Below are positions 17,179 to 25,557 of a DNA stretch of 57,773 nucleotides, piece by piece (positions within the stretch are counted from its first letter, which is position 1; the number at the start of each line of letters is the position of its first letter). Origin of the DNA: an uncultured bacterium (lineage in GTDB: Bacteria > Verrucomicrobiota > Kiritimatiellia > CAIKKV01 > CAIYGI01); the NCBI GenBank assembly GCA_903925685.1, contig CAIYGI010000186.1, forward strand, positions 1-57,773, given 5' to 3'. A program made the translations under genes and the position numbers. Below the pieces are notes generated by a model. It did not search any database and was not told where the DNA came from. It saw nothing but the letters and a program-made list of their open reading frames with translations.

Positions 17179-18216
17179 CTAGACAATCCTCCGCCGCAAC
17201 AAGGTATTCAGCGCCGCGCCCAACATCGCCAACGCCAGACCTGGCAGAATGAAGGCGGGGGCGTATTCGTGGTACTGGCGGAATTCCTCCGAGGTGACGG
17301 CGGTTTTCTCAAGGCGATTGATGTCCTCCAGCGCGTCGGCGAGTCCCTTCGGGTCCTTGACATTGAAGTATCGTCCGCCGGTGGCGCCTGCGATGCGGCG
17401 CAACTGTTCTTCATCGATTGTCACATCGGCGTAACCGATGGTTTCACGGCCGAACATGTCGCGGGCGCGGAATGGAGCGCGACCGGTGCTGCCAACGCCG
17501 ATTGTATAAACCCGCAGTCCCATCGATTTGGCGAGTTTGGCGGCCTCGTCGGGTTTATTGACGCCGGTGTTTGAGTCTCCGTCAGTGAGCAGCACGATCA
17601 CCCGGCTTTTGACGTTGGTGGCGGTCTGCAGACGCGCGCAGGCGGTGGCCAGGGCATCGCCAATGGCCGTGCGCATTTCTTCCTCATTGACCACCCGGCC
17701 CTGGTTGTCAATCACCTGCGACGGAATAGCAATGCCCTTGAGGATGTGCGCCAGCGCGGCATGGTCCAGCGTCAGCGGCGCGCGGCTGGTGGCATAGCCG
17801 CCGAAACTGACGATGCCGATCAGGTCGTTGGGACGGCTTTCGATGAAACGCGTGAAGGTTTCCTTGACGACATCCAGGCGGCTGCGCAGAGCGTCGCTGG
17901 TCGAGAAATCGAGCGCGTCCATCGAGCCTGAGACGTCGAGCACGGTTTCAATGGCAATCGCGTCCGTGTGCCGCGTGACACGTTCCAGCACGGTCTGAGG
18001 GCGCGCCATGGCGATGATCGCGAGCGCCACACCAAGCAGCACGAGCCAGGGGGAGACGGGCCGCAAGCGGACGCGCCATGTCGGCGCGCTGACCGGCAGT
18101 CTGGCAAGCGCCGAAAAGGGCAGGGCGGGCTGGCGGCGCCGACGCAGCACCATCCAGGCCGCCGCCAGTAGCGGCAGGAAAAGCAGGAAGGCCAGTGGAG
18201 TGGCAAAACGGAACAT
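17179..18216 (-). CDS. batA: VWA domain protein BatA
   Basis: MFRFATP, ARPQ, DVSGSM, PLTLDH, TAIGDAL, LLTDG, YTIGVG. Confidence 0.9.
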   Translation of the reverse strand: MFRFATPLAFLLFLPLLAAAWMVLRRRRQPALPFSALARLPVSAPTWRVRLRPVSPWLVLLGVALAIIAMARPQTVLERVTRHTDAIAIETVLDVSGSMDALDFSTSDALRSRLDVVKETFTRFIESRPNDLIGIVSFGGYATSRAPLTLDHAALAHILKGIAIPSQVIDNQGRVVNEEEMRTAIGDALATACARLQTATNVKSRVIVLLTDGDSNTGVNKPDEAAKLAKSMGLRVYTIGVGSTGRAPFRARDMFGRETIGYADVTIDEEQLRRIAGATGGRYFNVKDPKGLADALEDINRLEKTAVTSEEFRQYHEYAPAFILPGLALAMLGAALNTLLRRRIV

Positions 18217-18218
18217 GC

Positions 18219-19286
18219 CTACACTCCTCCCGGCGGGGTTGGTGTTACGGTTGCCGTTTGAACCGCGACATCGGTCTCGATGTAGGTGCGCGCCGTGGCG
18301 ATCGCATTGTCAATGGCCGGGCGCGTGGGTTTAAAGGCAGCGTACTTCACCAGGTCGGCGGCCTCGAGGAAATCGCAGAGGGGCCCGAAACCTGGAGCAC
18401 GGCTGACGGCTTGCAGAAACTCTTCCGTGGTCTGTTCCCTGGCGCGGATGGCATGCGCGCGTTCGATGTAGACGCGGACAATGCCCGTCAATTCGTAGTA
18501 GAAGTCCTTGACGCGCTGGTGTCCGACCAGATCCCGCGCCAGCAGTTCCTGAAGTTCCCAAAGCGCGCGCTCCTTCGGCGACAGTCTGCGCAGCACTATC
18601 TCGCGATGCCAGCGGCGCAGCAGTCGGTATGCGCCATAGACCAACCCCGCCGCCAGCAGCAACGCGAGCAGCGTCAGCATGATGTTGCGCGGCGAAGGGG
18701 GAATCCAGATCGGGCGGTCGGGCGCCGAGACGCCCGTGGGCAGCGCGCCTGCGATCAGCGGGGCTTCTTCGAAGACCATGGGACGCGTGGCAAGCCAGTC
18801 CGACATGCGCAGGCGGTCCGTCCGGAACCAGGTGACGATCAGCGGCGCCACGCGGTGTTCGGCGGCGGCCAGCGGCGTGAGTTTCACGATCCGCTCCAGT
18901 TCCCGCCGCCCGTCGCGAAGCTGAGGTTCGCTATCGTACGAGCCGTTGATGGTGAAACCGCTGAAGCGGTTTTCCAGGGGCGGCAGGGTGATGTCGAAAT
19001 TGGTTGGCGACGACACGCCGATGCGCAGGATCAGGTCGCGGTCCAGATGCGCCATTCCGGTATCGGCGCGCAGCGTGACCGTTACGCCGTCCGAACTGAC
19101 CGTTTCGGCGCGCGGCTTGTCGGCATCGGCGCTGCTTTTTGCCGTCGTCGAACGCGGCGCGCAGGCAACGCCCAAGGCCGCCAGCAAGGCCAGCGCGAGG
19201 AAACTTCGCAAATGTTTGCGGGTGAGTGAACAATTATTCCGTCCTACCACCTTCCACCTACCACCTTCCACCTGTGATGTATTCAT
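18219..19286 (-). CDS. Bat-cluster lipoprotein/membrane protein
   Basis: ATGA overlap with the DUF58 stop; lipobox LGVAC; C-terminal EQTTEEFL..ADLVKYA motif. Confidence 0.7.
   Translation of the reverse strand: MNTSQVEGGRWKVVGRNNCSLTRKHLRSFLALALLAALGVACAPRSTTAKSSADADKPRAETVSSDGVTVTLRADTGMAHLDRDLILRIGVSSPTNFDITLPPLENRFSGFTINGSYDSEPQLRDGRRELERIVKLTPLAAAEHRVAPLIVTWFRTDRLRMSDWLATRPMVFEEAPLIAGALPTGVSAPDRPIWIPPSPRNIMLTLLALLLAAGLVYGAYRLLRRWHREIVLRRLSPKERALWELQELLARDLVGHQRVKDFYYELTGIVRVYIERAHAIRAREQTTEEFLQAVSRAPGFGPLCDFLEAADLVKYAAFKPTRPAIDNAIATARTYIETDVAVQTATVTPTPPGGV
19243..19273. repeat. Heptamer array (CCTACCA/CCTTCCA) x4
   Basis: Directly after the DUF58 stop; translated as VEGGRWKVVG in the next ORF. 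Confidence 0.85.
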
Positions 19287-20191
19287 CGCGTCCCACTCCG
19301 CGCGCGTCGTCGGTGTTTGCGTTGTTGGAAGAGGCGATGCACTTCCTTGACAAAGGGTCGGTCGGGGTCGGTGGAGAGATCGAGGGCATCTATGCGCAGG
19401 CGGCGAAAAGTTTGCGTGAGGGCCGCATTCTCCGCGGCGGCGCTGACGCGGAAGCCGTCGCGCAGGCGGCGGGAACCGGTATCCACCATCACCAGTGCGC
19501 CGGTCTCCGGGTCCTCCAGTTCTACCAGTCCGGCGTCGGGCAACTCGCGTTCCCGCGGATCTTGAATGCGGGCGCAAAGTACATCGTGATGGCGGGCGGT
19601 CGCGCGCAGTTCCTTCTCGTAGTTCTCGGCGATGAAATCCGAAACGAGGAACACCACCGCGCGGCGCTTTTGCACGCGATTGAGGAAGCGCAGCGTGCCG
19701 GCGAGATCGGTGCCGCGGCGGGTTTCCTCCATCGCCAGCACCTCGCGCACCAGGCGCAGCACCGCCGTGCGGCCCTTGCGCGGAGGCAGGTAGCGTTCGA
19801 TGCGGTCGCTGAAGAGGACCAGGCCCACCTTGTCCTGATTGCGTACGGCGGAGAGCGCGAGCAGGCCGGTGAGTTCGGCGGCGACTTCGGCCTTGGAGCG
19901 GTCGCCCGATCCGAAACTCTGCGAGCCGGAAATGTCCACGACGAAGAGAATAGTGAGTTCGCGTTCCTCGCAGAAGCGTTTGACATATGGATGGCCCATG
20001 CGCGCCGTGACGTTCCAGTCAATCGAGCGCACATCGTCGCCGGGCGTATATTCGCGCACCTCATCGAATTCTATGCCCTGGCCCTTGAAGACGGATTTGT
20101 ACTCGCCCGATAGGTGTTCGTCCATCAGGCGGCTGGTGACCACCCGAATGCGGCCGACCTGCTTCATCAGTTCATGTACGTCCAAGGGCAT
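19283..20191 (-). CDS. DUF58 VWA-like protein
   Basis: GEYKSVFKGQGIEFDEVREYTPGDDVRSIDWNVTAR, EERE, SDF. Confidence 0.95.
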   Translation of the reverse strand: MPLDVHELMKQVGRIRVVTSRLMDEHLSGEYKSVFKGQGIEFDEVREYTPGDDVRSIDWNVTARMGHPYVKRFCEERELTILFVVDISGSQSFGSGDRSKAEVAAELTGLLALSAVRNQDKVGLVLFSDRIERYLPPRKGRTAVLRLVREVLAMEETRRGTDLAGTLRFLNRVQKRRAVVFLVSDFIAENYEKELRATARHHDVLCARIQDPRERELPDAGLVELEDPETGALVMVDTGSRRLRDGFRVSAAAENAALTQTFRRLRIDALDLSTDPDRPFVKEVHRLFQQRKHRRRARSGTR

Positions 20192-20201
20192 GGGGAAGAG
20201 T

Positions 20202-20231
20202 GGTGGAAGGTTGAGGGTGGAAGGTGGAAGG
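20202..20231. repeat. Heptamer array (GGTGGAA) x4, left arm of the RM island
   Basis: Just upstream of the DUF58 ATG. Confidence 0.85.
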
Positions 20232-20308
20232 CTGTTTGGTTTAAGGGTTCAAAGGCGTTCCATGGGGACGATGAGTTTTGTAAGGATTTAGACTGTAGAC
20301 GGCACACT

Positions 20309-21349
20309 TCATTGGTCGCCGTCCCTTTTTCTCTTTATCGTGAACGACTCTTTAGCCGTTTTGAAAGTAATGTCGTCATTACCCCAAGCGAGAGTCAGAG
20401 TGTCCGGCAACTTGTCGTCGAAAGCCGCCATTTGGAGAAGGACCGGACGAAGGTATTTTTCAATGAAGGTGCTCATGCACCTTCCTGCCTTTCCCTCAAT
20501 AACCTTCCATGCATCATCAACGTGGACACCGCCATCGTTAGCCTCAAAAGCCCTCTGTAATTCGGCAAGTCTGGTTGATGGTGTGGGATCAAGGACAATC
20601 AGCACTGGCGTAAGTCCTGCCGCCTTGCACTCGACAGGAAATGAAAGTTCTTCAGCAAAACGACCCTGTCCGCTGGCCGCAATTGTGACGCGCAACTTGA
20701 ATTCGTAAGCGATTTTGGCGTCAACGTCCAGACAGTCGATCTGCCGACCGTCTGCTGTCTGTTGGCCGCTTTCATTAATGCGTTTTACGGGAGAGTTCCT
20801 AGACCCAACCGTTACGCCGCCCATACAAGAAGCCAAAACAGGTTCAAATAGGTAGCCCGTCTCTTGGCCGCTTCTATTGTCAACGTCAAAGACCCATTTG
20901 CGCCACATTAGCCATGTTCCGAGAAGATTTGTCGGCACAATGCCATATTCGAGGAGGCTACGCGGGCCGACCTGATCCATTGTTGGTTTTGGCTGTGTTG
21001 AAAGAATGCGCTGGTATTTGGTGCGTCGCTTGAAAATCTCGCAGAGGTTGCCGAAGTATAGTCGGACATCCGGCTCCTTTCCGATAAGTTGGTCAAGTTC
21101 TGTCAAAAGTTCGTCCGTGGTCAAAATCTCCCATTCCTTTGGCAATACTGGTGGAATCTGAATGTCGAAGAATGATGGGATCTGCTTCTTAGGCGTTTTA
21201 AATGCCGCATTACACAATGACAATCCAAGATCGTTGGCCGAAAGATATAGAAGCCATGCGATTTCACTTGCCGACAGGGATACGCGATCGCCGCTTTGTC
21301 CAAGCATCCTGGCTTTGGCGAATTGGCTTTTAAGTTCAGTTGAAATCAT
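20309..21349 (-). CDS. Putative type II restriction endonuclease (PD-(D/E)xK), ApaLI-like context
   Basis: RQIDC..AYEFK catalytic pattern; ATGA-coupled to a C5 MTase. Confidence 0.7.
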   Translation of the reverse strand: MISTELKSQFAKARMLGQSGDRVSLSASEIAWLLYLSANDLGLSLCNAAFKTPKKQIPSFFDIQIPPVLPKEWEILTTDELLTELDQLIGKEPDVRLYFGNLCEIFKRRTKYQRILSTQPKPTMDQVGPRSLLEYGIVPTNLLGTWLMWRKWVFDVDNRSGQETGYLFEPVLASCMGGVTVGSRNSPVKRINESGQQTADGRQIDCLDVDAKIAYEFKLRVTIAASGQGRFAEELSFPVECKAAGLTPVLIVLDPTPSTRLAELQRAFEANDGGVHVDDAWKVIEGKAGRCMSTFIEKYLRPVLLQMAAFDDKLPDTLTLAWGNDDITFKTAKESFTIKRKRDGDQ

Positions 21350-22629
21350 GACAGAACATACCTCGTTGCTTTTTCGAACAATTTGAGTTGAGCTTCTTCA
21401 TCATCGATGAATTCCTTGAGCATTCGCTCGGTTTTTCGTAGCGCCGGGCTCATACCGTTCGATTGCGTTAGCGAAAACTGAAAATGTGGTCGCTTGGGTT
21501 CGTACACAACGCCGAAACCGTATTCCTTCACAATGTGCGCGGCAATGATTTCGGCAAGTAGAGGCGGAACGGCATTCGCTATCTGTTGCAGGCATGAAGC
21601 GGCTGTGCCTGAAAAAATGTAATTGTCCGGAAACGTTTGCAGTCTAGCGCATTCACGCAGCGAGAGCGGACGGTTCTCCGAGGGATGAATGAACTCACGC
21701 ATTGCTGCCCCTGTGATTGTCAGCGCTGGTTCGTCTGCAATCAATCGTTTTATCCCCGAAGGCGCGCCGCCCCTTTTTTCCGTCGGTGTTCCGTCGCACA
21801 CTCGACGATTCGCGCGACGTTTGAAAGAGTCGTGTTGCAGTTCTTCAGGAAGGTCGTTCATGGTCTGGCCTGGTTTAAGCACAGCCATGCGTGCCCGCTG
21901 ATCGTCACCCTGGACGAAGTAAAAGTGTTGCGCGACATCGGTTTGGTCGGATCGTAACCAATTCTGCAAATCGTTTTGCGAAGGGCGAGCATACTTTATT
22001 ACACGCTCGGAATCCGTGGTTGCTGGTGGTAGATCGGAGGTTGCCTCCAGAAATGTCGCTTCGGACTTGCGGAAGATTGCCCCACTGACGTTATGACTAT
22101 GAGGGGGGAACCTGAATATATGACCCAGCCGATTGCCAACCAACACAACCCTTTTTCTTCTCTGGGGGACGCCGTAAGCATGGGCATATATCTTCTCGAG
22201 GGTTACATTGTAACCGAGCGACAACACGGCCTTCACGGTCTCGCAAATGTACTGGCCGTCCCATGCCGTCAATAGTCCTTCAACATTTTCCATGAGGAAC
22301 CATTTTGGGCGCGATGCGTCGAGGATTCGAATGTATTCGGTTAAGAGTTTGTTTCTCTCGTCGTCCCAGAACTTCTGCCCAGCGCTGCTGAACCCCTGGC
22401 ACGGTGGGCCGCCGAGGAGAATGTCGACACTGTTCGGAAGTGTTGCCGGATCAAGTTGCCGAATATCGCCCCGCCAAACGTTCGCGGATGGAAAAAACGT
22501 CCTGTAGGATTGAACGGCGTCAGTGTCAATATCCGTCGAGAAAAGGAGATCGAACCCGGCCCGTTTGAAGCCAAGAGACAAACCGCCCGCACCACAGAAT
22601 AACGCTACTGCTTTAGGTTTCTGCTTCAT
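21346..22629 (-). CDS. DNA (cytosine-5) methyltransferase, resembles M.ApaLI (GTGCAC)
   Basis: LFCGAGG, GGPPCQGFS, ENV, QRRKR, RECARLQTFPD; TRD RRANRRVxDGTPTEKRGGAPSGIKRL recalled from M.ApaLI (not verified). Confidence 0.9.
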   Translation of the reverse strand: MKQKPKAVALFCGAGGLSLGFKRAGFDLLFSTDIDTDAVQSYRTFFPSANVWRGDIRQLDPATLPNSVDILLGGPPCQGFSSAGQKFWDDERNKLLTEYIRILDASRPKWFLMENVEGLLTAWDGQYICETVKAVLSLGYNVTLEKIYAHAYGVPQRRKRVVLVGNRLGHIFRFPPHSHNVSGAIFRKSEATFLEATSDLPPATTDSERVIKYARPSQNDLQNWLRSDQTDVAQHFYFVQGDDQRARMAVLKPGQTMNDLPEELQHDSFKRRANRRVCDGTPTEKRGGAPSGIKRLIADEPALTITGAAMREFIHPSENRPLSLRECARLQTFPDNYIFSGTAASCLQQIANAVPPLLAEIIAAHIVKEYGFGVVYEPKRPHFQFSLTQSNGMSPALRKTERMLKEFIDDEEAQLKLFEKATRYVLS

Positions 22630-22637
22630 GCTTCCTG

Positions 22638-23186
22638 TTAGTCCGCCTTCGCGCGTAGCAGCAACTTCGTAACGACCGCGGCTACCGTGTTCTCGTATCC
22701 CGACTTGCCAAGCGCCTTGAGTTCCTCATGAAGCAATTCCGGCGTCCATAACTGCCAATCGTTCTCTGCGAAGATATTTCTGAGTCTACTTTCGTCACCA
22801 TGGATCTTGCCTGCTGCGAGGCAGAGCTTTACGGATGGGTTAGTTGCGCAGAACCCTTGCTTCACCAGTTGCTTTTTGAGTTGCGCAATGAGCACCCGGC
22901 GCAATACCGGTTCCGTAAATAACTTGTATCGCTTTGCCGCTTTCGTATCCGTTCCATCGAAAGCGGACGCATGGACGCCGTAGGAGTCCAAATAGGACTT
23001 GCACTCCACGACTTGCAGTTCGTTAGTCGCACCCTTGTAGGCCACGATGTCCAGTTCCCAGCGAGGTGAAGATGGTCGTTCGATGGCTTTCTTGTCCTTT
23101 GACGTCAACTCCACTCTGACGCTGGTCCGTGTCCAGTAACCCTTGCGCTCGAGAATTTGAGCGATTACCTGTTCAAAGGCGTCCAT
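22638..23186 (-). CDS. Small PD-(D/E)xK nuclease-fold protein
   Basis: AFE..L..GY; ELDIVAY..VVECKSY. Confidence 0.7.
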   Translation of the reverse strand: MDAFEQVIAQILERKGYWTRTSVRVELTSKDKKAIERPSSPRWELDIVAYKGATNELQVVECKSYLDSYGVHASAFDGTDTKAAKRYKLFTEPVLRRVLIAQLKKQLVKQGFCATNPSVKLCLAAGKIHGDESRLRNIFAENDWQLWTPELLHEELKALGKSGYENTVAAVVTKLLLRAKAD

Positions 23187-23205
23187 TTATTCATCTCCTA
23201 TATCT

Positions 23206-23219
23206 CTCCACCCTCCACC
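23206..23219. repeat. Heptamer arm (CTCCACC) x2, right arm of the RM island
   Basis: Reverse-complement family of the 20202 array; 3 nt after the moxR stop. Confidence 0.6.
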
Positions 23220-23222
23220 ATT

Positions 23223-24209
23223 TTACGGCACCGGTATTTCGCCCAGAATGGTGGCGATGATCGCGTCGCTGGTGAGCTCCTCGGCCTCGGCCTCGTAGGT
23301 CAGCAGTACGCGGTGGCGGAGCACGTCGGGGGCGACTTCCTTGACGTCCTGCGGCGTGGTGTAGGCGCGGCCGTTGAGCAGCGCGTGGGCGCGAGCGGCG
23401 AGGTTGAGGTAGATCACCGCGCGCGGCGAACCGCCGTAATGGATGTGCTGGGCCAGTTTGAGGCCGTAATCCGCCGGCTTGCGCGTGGCGCGCACGATGT
23501 CGAGCAGGTAATCGCCGACCTTTTCGTCGCAATAGACCTGTTCCAGGTCCTCGCGCAGTTTAAGCACATCGGCCATCTGCAGCACGGGATGGATGACGAT
23601 TTCCTCCTGCTTGGTGAAGCGCTGCATGATGCGCCGCTCGTCGTCGCGCGAGGGATAGTCCACGCGGCACTTGAGCATAAAGCGGTCGATCTGCGCTTCC
23701 GGCAGCGGGTAGGTGCCCTCCTGTTCGATCGGGTTCTGCGTGGCCATGACGAAGAACGGCGCCGGCAGCGGATAGGTCCGGTCGCTGATGGTGACCTGGC
23801 GTTCCTGCATGGCCTCGAGCAGCGCCGACTGCACCTTGGCCGGGGCGCGGTTGATTTCGTCCGCCAGCAGCAGGTTGGTGAAGACCGGCCCCTGTTTGGG
23901 AGCGAAGGTGCCTTCCTTGGGATTGTAGATCATGGTGCCGATCACGTCCGCCGGCAGCAGATCGGGGGTGAAACTGATGCGCCGGAATTGCAGGCCCAGC
24001 GCCTGCGCGAGGGTCTTGACGGCGGTGGTTTTGGCCAGGCCGGGCACACCTTCGAGCAGGATGTGACCGTTTGTGATCAGCGCAATCAGCATGCGGTCGA
24101 GCAGACGTTCCTGGCCGACCATGACTTTGTTGACCTCCTGTCGCAGGAGGTCGAGTTGCTGCTTGCGGGCGGCAAGCGCCACGGCGGGATTTAAGGGTTC
24201 CGTATTCAT
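23223..24209 (-). CDS. moxR: MoxR family AAA+ ATPase
   Basis: HILLEGVPGLAKT, FTPDLLPAD, DEINRAPAKVQSALLEAM, ATQNPIEQEGTYPLPEAQ; GAGGAG RBS. Confidence 0.95.
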   Translation of the reverse strand: MNTEPLNPAVALAARKQQLDLLRQEVNKVMVGQERLLDRMLIALITNGHILLEGVPGLAKTTAVKTLAQALGLQFRRISFTPDLLPADVIGTMIYNPKEGTFAPKQGPVFTNLLLADEINRAPAKVQSALLEAMQERQVTISDRTYPLPAPFFVMATQNPIEQEGTYPLPEAQIDRFMLKCRVDYPSRDDERRIMQRFTKQEEIVIHPVLQMADVLKLREDLEQVYCDEKVGDYLLDIVRATRKPADYGLKLAQHIHYGGSPRAVIYLNLAARAHALLNGRAYTTPQDVKEVAPDVLRHRVLLTYEAEAEELTSDAIIATILGEIPVP

Positions 24210-24216
24210 ATACTCC

Positions 24217-24251
24217 TCACTGTTCACTGTTTACTGTTCACTCTTCGCTCT
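24217..24251. repeat. Heptamer array (TCACTGT) spanning the DUF4340 stop and moxR RBS
   Basis: Five related units. Confidence 0.8.
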
Positions 24252-25440
24252 TAGTGGTGACGGTTGTATTGGTTGATGGCGCTGGTTTGTCTTTTACGAG
24301 TTCCGACGCGGGGGTCAGCATGGCGTCGGCGCTGTAGGCGCTCAGTTTGAAACACCAGGGCGCGAGGCGCGATTGCAGATCGCGCACCTCCGCAGCTGTT
24401 ATATCGCGCGCGGCGCGGTCGGTGGCGGCCCGCGTTTTCGCCGCGGCCAGGGCGGCGGCGTTGGTGCCGGCGGGCGGCGCCGCTTCGGGGGGCGGCGCAT
24501 AGGCGATGGCGACGGTGGCATAGCGTTCGGACGCGCTGGTGACGGTGGCGCCTAGTTGGATCGTGACCGTGCGTCCGTCGGTGCAGTGGGCGGTGAGTAA
24601 AACGGGTTGGTCGAGGCCGGTCACGGAGCCCATAAGTCCGGTCGCGGCCACATCGGCGAATCGTAGTCCGGTCAGCGCGCCGCCGATGCGTCCGATCTTG
24701 TAGTCGTCTGCTTCCTTATTGGTTGCTACATTCGATAGCGTCAAGCCACCTCCCGCTTGGCGGGTTAGTACGACGGGCGCGCGGTTGGGACCGGCAACCT
24801 CCATTTTGGCAATCTGGTCCACGGGAACGTCAATAAAGGTTGGGTCGAGCCAGGTTGCGATCGGACTGGTCAATTCCTCCAGACTGTCCGCCACCAGCAG
24901 CGCCTCGCCATCCTTGCAGGCGACATAGCGGCCGTCGGGATAGCCGCCCAAATCCATGCCGCCTGCCGCGCCGCCGCCGCTGCGCATACGCGGCTTGCCC
25001 AGCCGCAGCGCGGCGATTGTTTTGCCGCCGGCGTCCTGGAACGCGACCTCCGAGGCCACGCGATCGGTTGTTCCTGTGCCGGCGTGTGCGCCGGGAGGCA
25101 GCAGGCCCAGATCGTCCAATTGATCTGGATTTACGCGGACCACTTGCCGGATTTTCATGTCGGTCAATTTTTGCACGGCCTCGCGCAACTTGGCGAAGTC
25201 GGCCGGATAGTTCGCACGTTCCGCAACCACCCACTGTTCGTTAAGCCGCACGAGCGTGGTATTAGTCCCGCCGGGAGCGCTGATCACGATGCGGGCCACC
25301 TGATCGAGCGGCAGCGCTGGCAATACCTTGGTTCCGACGGCGGTCGCGCGTGTACGCGCAGTGGAATGGGAGGTGGCCAGCCAGGCGCCAGCCCCTAGCA
25401 CAAGCGCGGCAATAACAAGTAATAAAAGACGGTTTTTCAT
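24238..25440 (-). CDS. DUF4340 domain membrane-anchored protein
   Basis: N-terminal TM, NYPADF, WL-D motif; follows the GldG-like gene. Confidence 0.75.
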   Translation of the reverse strand: MKNRLLLLVIAALVLGAGAWLATSHSTARTRATAVGTKVLPALPLDQVARIVISAPGGTNTTLVRLNEQWVVAERANYPADFAKLREAVQKLTDMKIRQVVRVNPDQLDDLGLLPPGAHAGTGTTDRVASEVAFQDAGGKTIAALRLGKPRMRSGGGAAGGMDLGGYPDGRYVACKDGEALLVADSLEELTSPIATWLDPTFIDVPVDQIAKMEVAGPNRAPVVLTRQAGGGLTLSNVATNKEADDYKIGRIGGALTGLRFADVAATGLMGSVTGLDQPVLLTAHCTDGRTVTIQLGATVTSASERYATVAIAYAPPPEAAPPAGTNAAALAAAKTRAATDRAARDITAAEVRDLQSRLAPWCFKLSAYSADAMLTPASELVKDKPAPSTNTTVTTKSEE

Positions 25441-25484
25441 GTTGTTTTCCTGTTTTATTCAATTACTCAGATGCACAGATTAAT

Positions 25485-25553
25485 AGTGAACAGTGAACAG
25501 TGAAAACGAATTCGCTGAAGCTTCCTGCATTCCTACTGTTCACTGTTCACTTC
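25485..25553. repeat. Inverted pair of heptamer arrays (AGTGAAC x3 ... TCACTGT x3)
   Basis: Intergenic between gldG-like and DUF4340; 27-bp spacer. Confidence 0.85.
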
Positions 25554-25557
25554 TTTT

